In this document: in pieces, positions 1 to 12,156 of the stretch | Layout of the letters: each line of letters starts with the position of its first letter | How positions within the stretch are numbered: the stretch's first letter is position 1 | From: Callorhinchus milii | Lineage: Eukaryota | Direction: 5' to 3' | Assembly (NCBI RefSeq): GCF_018977255.1 | Contig: NW_024704764.1 | Span: forward strand, 10,478,001-10,542,000 | Length of the DNA: 64,000 nt | Notes under the pieces: generated by a model | Told to the model about the DNA's origin: nothing | What the model saw: only the letters and a program-made list of their open reading frames with translations | Database searches by the model: none | Made by a program: the position numbers and the translations under genes

Positions 1-138
1 GGGAGGAGGCCGGAGTCAGCAGGTGATAGAATGGGGTGTATGCAGGTCAGAGCTTCTCTAAACCATGATTGTGTAGCGACTGTAAAACTGCTTTTTTAAA
101 AAAATGTATATAATATATAAATTTGTATTTAAATATAT

Positions 139-1050
139 TATGCCGATGACACACAAATCTACTTTGCCTCATCCAGCATCGACTCCAGGTCCACCGATGT
201 TCTACCAGTTTGTCTGGCAGTCATCAGGGCCTGGATGAGTGTAAACTTCCTGCAACTGAATGTGGACAATGGAAATCATACCCTTATGGCTCCCATCAAA
301 GTCTTCACTCCTGCGGATCCCAACTCCTCATCCTCCCTGGGCTCTCGCTCAGATTCACCAAACCAATGCGCAATCTAGGCGTCCAGTTCGACCCCCAGCT
401 GTCCTTCCTCCCCCACCTGGTCCCTGACCAAGACCGCTTTCCTCCACCACCACCACATTGCCTACCTCCGACCGTACCTTACCCCAAATGCAGCCGAAAC
501 CCTCGTGCATGTGTTTGTCACCTCCCGCCTGGGTTACTCCAACGCACTCCGCACTCCAGCTCCACTATTCAAAAATCCAGCTCATTCAGAACTCCGCTGC
601 CCATGTACTTACCCGGACCAAATTCACCAGTTCCAGCCCAGGCTCCACTGGCTCCCCATCACCGAATGGATCAACTTCCAAGATCCTCACACTCGTGTTC
701 CAATCCATTCACTCCCTTGCTCCTCCCTATCTCTCTGACCTCCTCACTGCCCAATCCACCACCTGGTACCTCCGCTCAATTGGCACCGGCCTCTTACTTG
801 TCCGCGTTGCACCCTCCACTCCAACATTGGAGATTGGGCTTTCAGCCACTATGCTCCAAGACTGTGGAACACTCTCTCAATCCCTCCACTTTGCCCCCTC
901 TCTCCCCTTTCTCAAGTCCTGCCTGAAAACCTTTCAACTGTGCTTACGGTCACCTCCCCACCCCGGCTCGGAGTCAGGCTCCACTACTGTTAAGTGCTCT
1001 GAAACGCTACTCTACATGGAGAGCGCTATATAAGTGCAACTTGGTGTTGT
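139..1050 (+). mobile_element. L2-clade LINE 3' fragment (RT C-terminus and tail), decayed
   Basis: Encodes YADDTQIY at 139, RNLGVQFDPQLSF, QLIQNSAAHVL and HSLAPPYLSDLL. Tail is GCGCTATATAAGTGCAACTTGGTGTTG. Confidence 0.9.
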
Positions 1051-1240
1051 ATATATTGATTTATATACTTAGGCACATTTGTTTGTTCTGCTAAATTTAT
1101 ATTTGTGTATAAATTATGAAAGTACGTTGTACCCCAGACAGAGTGCAACAGTTGTTTTACAAAGTTGTATTCACAGTTTGTACTCTGATTTTTCTTATAT
1201 TTTTCTTATATTTCTTATAAATATTTTCTTATTCTTTTAG

Positions 1241-1362
1241 ATGAACAGGAGGCTCTAAAGTCCATTATGAAGGATCTGGTTGCTTTGCAGATGGGCCGAA
1301 GGAATCGAACAAGTGGTTATGATAGCGTGAAAAGCAAAGCCAGCATCCACAGCAATAAACGG
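1241..1362 (+). CDS. MAP3K3: MAP3K3 exon 2
   Basis: ttttag|AT GAA CAG...AAA CGG|gtaaga; (D)[40 protein letters not shown]. Confidence 0.95.
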
Positions 1363-1469
1363 GTAAGAGGAGGCAATAAAGTGGCCTACTTTGTATTCTA
1401 GATTGACATGACTTCAAAAAGCAGTCTTATTAGAATCTGCATTAATGCAAAACTATTATTTTGTTGCAG

Positions 1470-1510
1470 AATGACATTCGAATAAAGTTTGAACATAGTG
1501 GTGAAAGAAG
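1470..1510 (+). CDS. MAP3K3: MAP3K3 exon 3 (PB1 start)
   Basis: ttgcag|AAT GAC...AGA AG|gtacgt; NDIRIKFEHSGER(R). Confidence 0.95.
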
Positions 1511-1697
1511 GTACGTAAATTTCTCGCAATGTCAATTTTAGATGCTACCAATGTGTTAAGAGCCTCAACAATAATTCTCTTTATGTACATATTTAATGCA
1601 AATAACAATATATAAAACTCAGGCTCGACTCCAGTTAGTTCATGAGGTGAGCCACATACACTAGCACCAGTACAACTGTTTACCCCAATGGACTCAA

Positions 1698-1812
1698 ACA
1701 ATAATAACTTGTATTTGTACAGCACCTTCACACAAGTAATGTCTTGGAGCACTTAACAACAACTTACACTTATATAGCGCCCTCCACGCAGGGTAGCGTC
1801 TCGGAGTGCTTA
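1698..1812 (-). mobile_element. Two tandem L2 3'-tail fragments
   Basis: Two reverse-complement tails: (AAT/AAC)n-CTTGTATTTGTACAGCACCTT and AACAACAACTTACACTTATATAGCGCC. Confidence 0.75.
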
Positions 1813-2742
1813 AATGGGATATCAATTTAATGACTGAGCTGAGGATGAGGAACGTAGGAACAGGAGTTCAAAATGTATAAATTATTCAAAGACTGGTATT
1901 CCAGTGCTGTGCCTAATCATCCTTTATAATTCAATAGGAACATTTTGTACAATGAAAAGAATGTGTGAGTTTTGCTATCTGAAAAGCTGTAAGACAGCAA
2001 CACTGATTAAAGTCTTTTAAAAGTAATAAATTATATGGTGACTCCTTTACTCTGATCAACTGAATAGAGCTTGTATATGTTGAGATACTGTAGTAGATAA
2101 TCCTGATTGTGATACGTTTGGAAAGGGCATTGTGGTTTGTTTCATGTTGCCAGTATTTAACCTCAGAAATGTAAGGTGGATGGAAGGAATTGGGCCGAGA
2201 ACAGAATAAAAACAAAATGAATTTTAAAACAAAGAACAGCATTGATCAGCAGAGGGCCCCACATAGGGCTTCCGAGTTTGTGTGAAGCATGCCCTACTGA
2301 AAGGCCCCGATTGAGACTTTGTGTACAATTATAGACTGTTAAATAACTAGATCAGTTAATCAATCTCTACAAAGCAACACGTGTTGCAAAGGAATTACAA
2401 GAAAAAAAATGCAAGAATAGTTTCTGAGTTGTTTCACTCACACATGTGCACACTTATTTAAAATTATTTGCATCTTTTCCTTCCTGTGCCGGCCGGTGTT
2501 TGATGCCATGCATGAAAGAGGATTGAAACCCAGTCCTGCAAACCAGTTACATTTTATTGTCATGAAACTCCACATACTAAATGAGGATTTCTGTATTCAA
2601 AACAATCAGCTGAAGGTCGTATCATAGGAATCTCTATATTCAATGTTGTTCTATACTGAGGCTTTACATGCCATTAAGGGCACCTAGTTAATGTTTCTCG
2701 CACTGAATGTTGAACAACATGATGTTTTTTGTTCCATGTCAG

Positions 2743-2842
2743 AATAATACAGTTCAGCCGTCCAGTCAAATATGAAGAACTGCACCAGAAAGTCAAGACA
2801 GCGTTTGGGCAGCAAATGGATTTAAACTACACAAATAATGAG
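2743..2842 (+). CDS. MAP3K3: MAP3K3 exon 4 (PB1)
   Basis: gtcag|A ATA...AAT GAG|gtaatc; [33 protein letters not shown]. Confidence 0.96.
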
Positions 2843-3109
2843 GTAATCAGCTTTATTTGGTTCTGCAATTTTCCACACAATTGCCATGATTGCATAAAAA
2901 ATATTGTGCGTGATTACGTGTCCTCAGCTTAAAGGTGTGCATTTATCTAGTTATTGTATCCTCAAGCAAGGTTGCAGTGAATCTGACATTATATCTCATG
3001 GATGTGCTTTAATCTTCTGTTTAAGAGCCTGCCACAGTAACAGCAAGTGTTGCAACCACAGTGTTGAACTGGGCTCTTTGAGATTCCATTATCCCAGTAG
3101 ATAATTATT

Positions 3110-3240
3110 TGGGGAGGACAAGTTAGCATGGCTGTGGGGAGAGGACGGGGGAGTGGGATTGATTTGGATAGCTGTTTTCAAAGAGCCGGCAGAGGCACGA
3201 TGGGCCGAATGGCGTCCTTCTGTGCTGTATGATTCTATGA
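3110..3240 (+). mobile_element. CR1-clade LINE 3' end
   Basis: GGGCCGAATGGCGTCCTTCTGTGCTGTATGATTCTATGA terminus, typical of chondrichthyan CR1-type elements. Confidence 0.7.
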
Positions 3241-3848
3241 ACACTTACTCTTGGATTAAATCTTGTTCATCGTTAAATGCTGAATTTTCCCCACTTGTGG
3301 TCACTGTGGCATTTACACATATTAACGTATTTGGTTTAGTATTTGCTTCCGAAGTTGCATTTATATAGCAACTTTCATATAAAATATTACAAATTGCTTG
3401 TCGAATTTAATGGTACATACCAAGTGGAGAAATAAGAGCTTTTAAATTTGTTGATATGATTTTAGGAGTTTTTAGAAGGCAGGAAAGAGATAGCAGCAAA
3501 GTGGTTTGGAAGAGAGTTCTAGAGACAAAGACATAATGAATTGAGGAGCAAGCAATAAACCTGAGTTGGATGTGTGGAGAATATGGACTGAAATGTAGCC
3601 TTAAAGAAGATGGCGCTGATTGTCATGCTCCTTGACAACTGGTCACCTTCCCTCACAGCTTCTCTTTCTAGCTCCCTTACACACTCTTTCCATCTGTTGC
3701 ATTCTCTTTCTCTCTTACGCTCACAATTTCTTTCTCTCTGTGCACTCTCCCTCATAATCTGTTTCCTGCTCTCAAACTTGCCTATTTCTTGATTTCTTCA
3801 TGTTTGTACACAATTGATTGCTTTGATTGTCTCCTCTCTTTCTCCCAG

Positions 3849-3962
3849 TTATTAATTCCTTTAAGATCACAGGATGACCTTGACAAAGCTGTTGACCTTC
3901 TTGATCGAAGCTTTAACATGAAGAGTCTGAAAATTTTGCTTGTTGCTCAGGATAGAAATCAA
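3849..3962 (+). CDS. MAP3K3: MAP3K3 exon 5 (PB1 end)
   Basis: tcccag|TTA...AAT CAA|gtaagt; [38 protein letters not shown]. Confidence 0.96.
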
Positions 3963-4597
3963 GTAAGTGTTAACATTCCTCAGCCCCTAAGGTGAACAGT
4001 TTGTCTTTAGAGTGCTTGACTCCTAAAATAAAATTAGGAAACCATTGCAGGTGCCAAGCTACATGGAATGTGCTGGAGTAATACAGAACACATTTTATTT
4101 TCACAAAGCACATCTTTTTATAAGTCTCATTAACCCATCTTAGCTTGGTGTGATAAATGTCCACTATATATCTCTTTGTGCTTCATTATGGGGATGGGGG
4201 AGAGAGAAGATGTGAATGTTGTACACTGGCAGAACTAACCCACAGCTGCTTTCTCAGGAGGTGATGTGGAAAAATCTTTCCAGCTGGTACCTGCTTTTAC
4301 TCCCATTTATTCATTAAATGAATACAGAGCCCTTTGAATTAATGAGAAAACATTGAGATGTTCTGGTTATATATGCTTGTCTTTCCCTTTTCACAAGTTA
4401 TTTAAGGAAAAGCAAAATTCTGTGACCCCCATGTTTGCACTAGCTGGAGTTGCTACCAGAATATAGCACCATCTGTGGCCAGTCACTATCTCCTCTTGTC
4501 AATGGTGCTTTGAAATTGGCTACTAGTAAATGTACTATTCCAGAGTATGATTTGCCTGCAATTTGTGCTCCTACTTCTCCTCGAGCTCTCTTGTTTA

Positions 4598-4775
4598 TTC
4601 TCTTTGACCGTGCCTTTAGCTCCCCTCTCGAATCTCTACCCCCTCCTCGCTCCCTCCATTCCCTCTCCTCACCCTAACCATTTCCCCCTTGCTCGGGTCC
4701 TGACCCAACTGTACAGCGCCTTGGGACGTCCTCCCGATGTGAAAGGCGCTCAATAAATGGAATCTTGTTGTTGTA
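4598..4775 (+). mobile_element. Young L2 LINE 3' end
   Basis: Highly similar to the 29261-29460 element. Ends GGACGTCCTCCCGATGTGAAAGGCGCTCAATAAATGGAATCTTGTTGTTG. Confidence 0.88.
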
Positions 4776-4874
4776 GTTCTGATCAAGATATTAAATTGTT
4801 GGGTGTTCCCTTAGTTGACTAGAATTCCTGAACACTGGACACCTGTATATCTAATTTCTTCTTTTTACTCCTAG

Positions 4875-4998
4875 ACATTGCCTGTCTCTTCAGCAACTGT
4901 TCCAAAGCAGGTCCGCATTAAGGCTTCCCAGTCAGTTGGAGACATTCTCAGCACTGTCTACCAGCCAGCAGAGTCACGAGGAAGACACCTCTCGGTCG
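4875..4998 (+). CDS. MAP3K3: MAP3K3 exon 6
   Basis: ctcctag|ACA...GTC G|gtaagt; [41 protein letters not shown]. Confidence 0.92.
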
Positions 4999-7382
4999 GT
5001 AAGTACCAGTTTTAAACTGAATGTAAATTGAAGCCGTAACTTACTGTTGATCAGACATTTGGGAATACAGTGTTGTGTCCAGGATACTGGACTAATTGAA
5101 CAAACTCCTCCTGATGCTGTAATTGGAAGACTGTAGAGTGAACATTCGGAAAGGATGAGATCAAATGGATATGTGGCTGTTCTTCCAAGCCTCTTGTGTC
5201 CTGAAAATAAACCAGCTACTTGAGTTTTGATTCCGTTTTTTGTCTTGGCATTGACGGGGAAAAATTGTGATCGTACCTTTTAGTGTAAAAGGGATTGCTG
5301 AGGGTTTACCATTCAAACCTAATGTTTACTGCAGTTCACGGAGCTCAGCATTTTGCTTGACCTAATCTTTTAATCTTAGTAGATAAAGTCTACTTACCAA
5401 GTTGAATGTGATCCCCTACCTGACCCCCAGTGCAACCGAAATCCAAATTCTTCATTACTCCACACTTGTCTTCTCCAATGCCCTGTGTACCAGATTCCGA
5501 GCCACTCTCTGAAACCCTCTCCCTAAATCCTTCGGCCTAACTTCCTTTCTCTTTGCTTTCAAAGCCCATCATAAAATCTATTATTTGACTGTTCCTTCAC
5601 CTACCTTCTGCCTTTCCATCTGGCTTAGGCTTGCCACTCTGTCTCTGCTAGGCCCTTAGGGATGTTCTACTCCATGAAAGACGCTATAACGTGCAATTTG
5701 TTATTTAGTGACTTTATTTAAAGAACATAAATTTAAGCAATTATGCAGGTGTTTCATACAGTGCTCAAAAATTGTCCCAATCACCAGGGAGAGTCTGTCT
5801 GTGGTCATTATCGTTTAAATTTGGGCATTATCAGGGCAAAGTAGTTCTGATTCTGGGAAAGGTATGAACTGGTTTGAGCAAAATGCCTCTCAATAGGAAT
5901 GTACTTGTAGCCTTCAGGAAGAGTACTGAGGAAGGTTAATTCTTTTCATTGTGTATATTTAATGTTATTGGATCCAGAAATGAGGATGGAACGTTGTGCA
6001 AAGTGATCAGTAATACAATGGAGCAATTATAGCAGTACCAAGGTGCTGTGTGGCTTAATTAAAAACTGTTAGTCCAAAAGCTGCACTCTAAGCATTTGTG
6101 TTACTGTGCACAGGACATTTGCTGCCACTTGAAGTGATTGAACCATACGCACAAACCCTGCAGTGTAGTCGGCCCTCTAGCGGGTGCTCAGCTATTGACG
6201 ACAATTAAATGCCAGTGTTTAATGAGTCTCTGTGCATATTTATGCTCACAGTGGTGAGCTGGCTTGCATTTATGTTTATGCTGATAGATAACATTTGAGC
6301 AGGATGATAGTACTGAGCTCAATGCCTTGTTTTTCCTTCCACTTCCTGTGATATCCACACAACTTCCTCTTCCTACTAACAAGATATTGTTTTCACAATA
6401 GTGTTTGGAGACCTGCCAATCAGATAGAACAACTGCAACTGCTTTTAGTACTGAGCAAGTATAGGAATGCTGAGAAAGTGAAAGTTAGGGTGGTGGGAAA
6501 GAGATTCTAGGCTTTAATTTAATTATATTGCACATTTTCAACTTTCTATTTACTGATATTTATCCATAAATAAATGAGAATTTAAGATCAAACTTTTGGA
6601 TTCTTGAATGGTGTGCATTCTTCAACCGCAATGTTTTCTCGTATCAAATTGAAAATGTGCAATAATTGCACTGACAAACTAAGAAGTAAAACTGCAGATT
6701 TAAATCAATTCAATCTTGAAAAAAATCTTGATGCTTTATTGATCCAAGGAAAATAATTTATTCTTATTGCCTTTTATGATCAATTCCTCTGTAGTTAAAA
6801 TGACACCACAAACCATTCTCTCAATTTGTGAAAGCAAAACATTATTAACTGTTTTCTTAAATGCAGGTCTGGATTAGAAATGTTAACGTGTGGTTATCTG
6901 TGGACACCTGATATAATCGATATCACTGAATAGGATTTTCATCTCATCAAAAGAATGAAATAGAAGAGGTGGTTCTCTGGGGCGGCTACTGAGGTTTTGA
7001 GATGTGCATGTGGGACATTGTGCAAAGCTGCTATGTTCACCTACAAATACATTCACTGCACTTTGCAGAAAATTCTTTAAGATGTTTTACCATGACAAGG
7101 CGCTACATCAAATGCAAGGATTATTATCATTATTATTATTATTATTATCTTCCACTTAAGCCAGTTGCTGCACGTCTGAACCTTCTAGGACTGAAGACTT
7201 GCAACACGACTGGCTGTGTATTGGCAGACCTCATGGAACATGTACCTGTCCACAGCTGTAGTACTCCAGGATTTAGGACAATTTTGAAGCATGTCAGATT
7301 TCCTTGTGTGAATATGTCTGCTCTCACCTACATCCCTAAATCCAACAAATTATCGCTAATCTCTAAAATATTTTGTGTGCAG

Positions 7383-7516
7383 GCTCCCAGAACACAGGTC
7401 GAAGCTCCCCACCCCCGGGATATGTTCCAGAGAGACAGCAAAGGATAGCACGACAGGGATCTTACACCAGTATTCACAGTGAGGGGGAGTTCATCCCTGA
7501 GAGTATGGAACAATGT
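7383..7516 (+). CDS. MAP3K3: MAP3K3 exon 7
   Basis: gtgcag|GC TCC...CAA TGT|gtgagt; [44 protein letters not shown]. Confidence 0.96.
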
Positions 7517-8105
7517 GTGAGTAAATAGTTGGACCTACCATACAATCTGCACAAAGTAAATGAGCAACAAAATCTTCCTGCTCTGACTATCCTAATTTCC
7601 AGTCAATTACTAAAGACTGATGTGAATGTATCCCTTTCCCCAACCTCAGTACAGTGGTTGGGTACAAACACAGTAAACATTTCAACTGCTTCATTGTTGT
7701 GGAGTGAGTTTTCTTCAATATTTTCTTTACATCTTTTCTTGAGGTTCCCTTTCAATGGTAACTTCTAGTTCTTATCCCTCCTTTCTGTTTTGAGCTGCAG
7801 CAATAAGTTCAAAGGCTGCTGAGTCAGCCTATTGACCCTGCAATTGGGATTACTAGATAAATAAATTTATTCTCTTTTTTGATCAGCCATGTCTAACACA
7901 TGCAGAAATCAATCACCGTGCTTACGAGTATCCAAACCAAGCAGAGTTCCATGCATGCCACCTGCCCATTTAAATTCCTGTGTTTGTAATGTGCACTCTC
8001 TTCCCTAAGGAACGCAACCTAATTCTGGATAGTATTAGGTGCAGGTTAGCAGGGTTTAGGATACTGCTGGAGTTATCAAATAATGGTGTAAATTGTTTTG
8101 TGCAG

Positions 8106-8179
8106 ATATATGAACCGCAGAGCAGTGTTGACAATTCCATATCTGGCAGCTGTCAATCCCTGGATAGGAGAGCAGAGAG
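8106..8179 (+). CDS. MAP3K3: MAP3K3 exon 8
   Basis: gtgcag|ATA...GAG AG|gtgagt; IYEPQSSVDNSISGSCQSLDRRAE(S). Confidence 0.95.
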
Positions 8180-9501
8180 GTGAGTGATGAGAGCACTGCT
8201 GCAGTGCTCCCTGAAACACAAGATCTCGATCATAATCTGACAGATTTGCCTCTAATTTTGTATCTTTTTGTTCCAGTTTTGATTGTTCCACTCTCCCCTC
8301 AACCAAATGACACTCATTACCTAAACCGGGTGTCTCGCAAACTGGCTATGATGTGGATTGGTTCACCTGTTTCCTTCTCTGCCAGTAGCGAAGTATCTGC
8401 ACTATCTCTGATGCTGAGACCAGCAATTTATAGAATTGTAGCAAATTCTAAATTGAAGAAAGGCAAAGTGTCAAAACTAATGGCCTATTAAATCTTAATA
8501 TCCACCAGATGCAGCAAACTGACTATATTGTAACCGTACTAAACCATGCAGCTGCTGAAGGTAGTGTTTGGAGAGGTATCTTTAGAAAAATATGTGTCAA
8601 AAGTCCCTGAGTTTTTAATGCCAGACAACTTAGTTGCAGATTGTGGCTTTGCGGTGACAACTAGTCAACTAAATACAGAATTCTACTTTGTGAGTTTGGG
8701 ATCAGTGAAATCCCATTCCACATTGTAGCAAACGTAGTGTTGACTGTGCATGTATACAGCCAGTGTGCACCCCTTGCACAAGCTGCTTCCTGTGCTAAGA
8801 AGAAAGACCGGCTTTCAAATTGTTTATTGGGTCACTGCCAACGTCATTTCCTGTTTCTTGCACATTTGCAAAGCAGGAAGTGTTATTGGCGGCGACCTGA
8901 TGACCCGCAAATCGTCCATTTTTTTAATCCAAGAAGCTAAAATGGCTGACTTTCAGATCAATAGGATGCGAGCTGTGTTGATATGCGGGAAATGGGTCCA
9001 AAGTGCATCCAAGTTAAATCGATTTTGTGCGATACTGAAACTTATCTGTAACGGGACTGTGCCATGAACATGTTCTGAAGTATATTACCTGAGTATGGCG
9101 CTGCTATGAGTTCATCTACACTGCCACAGAGTTCAAAGTTCACCAGCGAGCGTGAAATTTCAGGGGCAATCCTCCAACTCGCCCCATCCCCCGCCTCCTT
9201 CAAGGCCTTTCTTGAGCAGTCTGTTATACCAGAGGGAGCAGTGTTTTGGAGACAGCCTGGATTTCAGTTTCTTCCTCCCCTCCATTATTTAATCAAAAGG
9301 TTTATTTGCCTCTCCCTGCTTTATACATTTTGAGCAGAAAATAATTAATAATCCTTACATTTCATATCGCACCTTTAATGCTGAGAGAACGCTTCTAAGC
9401 GCTTCCCAGGATATACCTGTAAAGTGTAGTGATTGTGTATTTTGTGGGCTAATGTGATGATTAATGGTGATTAATGTTACCAATATACATTTTGTTTTCA
9501 G

Positions 9502-9569
9502 CCCATCATATCGGAAATCTCGTATGTCTAGAGCACAGAGTTATCCTGACAACAGGCAGGTTTACTCAG
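9502..9569 (+). CDS. MAP3K3: MAP3K3 exon 9
   Basis: tttcag|C CCA...TCA G|gtaggt; [22 protein letters not shown]. Confidence 0.95.
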
Positions 9570-9744
9570 GTAGGTTTGGACTTAGTTTGCCCTTGTCTAA
9601 TTAATGATTTTTACAGGTTAAACATCAGTACTTTGGCTTTATATCGTCTGAACATATTTATAAAACCTTTGTCCTCCTACCTTCCTAGATTAATTTACAT
9701 TAACCCCTGAGTATATTTGCTATTCTGCTTTTAAAATCGTATCA

Positions 9745-10480
9745 TTTAACATGTACTTGCTCTCCTTATTCTTCCTCTCAGAATGTATGACTTCACATCA
9801 CATTCAATTTCTCTACCCAATTTACTAGTCTGTCTATGACCTCCGGACATTGCTTTAAATCTTCCATGAGCTATACTCCTTAATTTTGTATCATCCCCAA
9901 ACATAGAAATTGTGCCCCATATTGTAATCCATATCATAAAAAATGAGAAAATCAATGATCCTAACACAGACCCCTGAGGGATCCCACTGTTTATATCATT
10001 CTGAATAACTGCCATGCATTTGGTCCCATTTACTATCTTTTAACCAACTTTCTATCCATGCTGGCACCTATTCATTAATACCTACACCTTTTAAGCAAGC
10101 GTCTTATGTGACACATTATCAAAATCCATATACACCACAGCAATACCATTAGCTATTATCTTGTTTATTTCACAAAAAAGGCCTCCTTTTAACTTATCCA
10201 TGCTGGTTGTCTTTAATTAACTTGTGTCTTCCTAAGTGATTTTAATATGAACTTATACTATGGCCTGTAAATGTTTGCACCCAGTGGGTGTTAGGCTGAC
10301 TGGTTTGTAGTTGCTGGGCTTATCATAGCAGACCTTTTTGAACAGGGGTGTTGAGTTTGCACATTTGAATCGAAGGATATTTGAACATTTTTAGTTATTT
10401 AATCTAGTATTTCCCTGACGTCTCTCAGCATTTTCAGATGCATGTCATCAGGCCCTGGTGATTTGTCCACTTTAATGTGG
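9745..10480 (-). mobile_element. Old CR1-clade LINE RT fragment
   Basis: Minus-strand translation contains SGIPQGSVLG and MFGDDTKL, plus NYKPVSLT-like sequence near 10290-10312. Confidence 0.8.
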
Positions 10481-10720
10481 AGTTCCATAATTTTTGTCGT
10501 CCCACTTCCTTTTCCATAATTCTCCCTTCTAATTGATGCATAACTGTCTCTTAAATACTCAATTTCTCATTATCTTCTTGTAATCAAAAATCTTGATGAC
10601 TGAATACAGGTGTATACTGTAACATTAAAGAACTGCTTTGTTTTGGAATTTCTGTTTGACATCTGTTCATCTGTGCATTAAGATTACAATTTTGCTAACA
10701 GTTCTTCTGTCTGGTCACAG

Positions 10721-10813
10721 ATCGTGAGAACCATATTTATGATAAGGCTGGAAAAGGAGGGACGTATCCTCGCCAGTATCATGTTTCCCTTCATCAGAAG
10801 GATTATGGCGATG
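10721..10813 (+). CDS. MAP3K3: MAP3K3 exon 10
   Basis: tcacag|AT CGT...GAT G|gtgagc; (D)[30 protein letters not shown]. Confidence 0.95.
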
Positions 10814-11381
10814 GTGAGCATGCGAGTAAGGGATCATGTTGTGTTCATGTGGCACTTTTTTTTAACAAATATAACTCTTTTCTCTCTTTCCCCCACCAGC
10901 TGGGTGTCTTGACACCCGTCACCACACTTCAAGAGTATCCAAACCAAATTGAGATCTATATATGTATCCCACATACGCATGGAATTTCCCTGTGCCTGGG
11001 ATGCACACTCTACCTCGAAGGATGCACCCTGCGTACCTAATTCTGGAGAGTTTTAGGTGCAGGTTGTTTAAAGCCGAGGCATATGCACATATGGTGAATG
11101 GGGTCCACGGTGCAAATGCGTTATTACAACCCTGCCGAGTAGGACCAATAGGGGGGGATTTCTGGCTAAGTTAATTATAATGCCGGTTCTTGTAAATCCT
11201 GTGAAGTGCTTTGGGATGCCTTGACGTGAAATTAATTATTATTGGGTATCAACTTTTTGCCATAGTTCCAGAATTGACTGAAAACCTGTATTCGCTGCTA
11301 CACTTGAGTGTGTTCGTTCTTCCAATGAGCCATGTTAAAACAGCAGCATGCATTCTGATAAATGTTCAATTTGCTTTATAG

Positions 11382-11570
11382 GTCGAAGAACCTTTCCAAG
11401 AATACGACGACAACAGGGAAACCTGTTCACACTTGTTCCATCCAGTCGGTCACTAAGTGTGAATGGGGAGAACATGGGTCTGGCTGTGCAGTGGGACAGC
11501 AGGAGCAGGATCCGCAGTGGAGACAGTGAGAACACACTCGTGGTGCAAGAAAGGAATGTTCCCATGAAAT
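11382..11570 (+). CDS. MAP3K3: MAP3K3 exon 11
   Basis: ttatag|GT CGA...AAA T|gtaggg; [62 protein letters not shown]. Confidence 0.96.
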
Positions 11571-11940
11571 GTAGGGTAGTTTTCACTTCATTTGTTAAGA
11601 GTGTCTACCAGATTGAAACCTGATTTTTATTCTTTTTCATCCCCTTTCCCCAACAGCATTGACCATTATTATAGGCCAAGTATGATCTGCAGAGTATGAA
11701 ATGCTCACCCTTTCGCTACCCATGACACAATTGCAAACTTCGCTTGTAGTATGGGGGAGGGAGATAATGACCTGTGTGAGGACTCATTTAAGTGAGGACT
11801 CATTGTCACTGACCACGTTTCTCATCTGTTGGAAACAGCATCAAGTGGTAGTGAATGTTGTGTTTTTTGTCTTGTGAATGCCAAAACTTGTTTTTTCAAA
11901 CAAAATGTAATGTTAAAAGTACCAAGTTTTTTTCTAGTAA

Positions 11941-12156
<216 letters not shown>

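Noticed and set aside
1241-1243. ATG at 1241 as the MAP3K3 start codon
   Set aside because: It is out of frame with the conserved protein and directly follows a splice acceptor. The AT completes an Asp codon begun in upstream exon 1.
3650-3790. CT-rich tract as part of the terminal satellite family
   Set aside because: Short and lacking the diagnostic monomer cores. Treated as ordinary low-complexity sequence.
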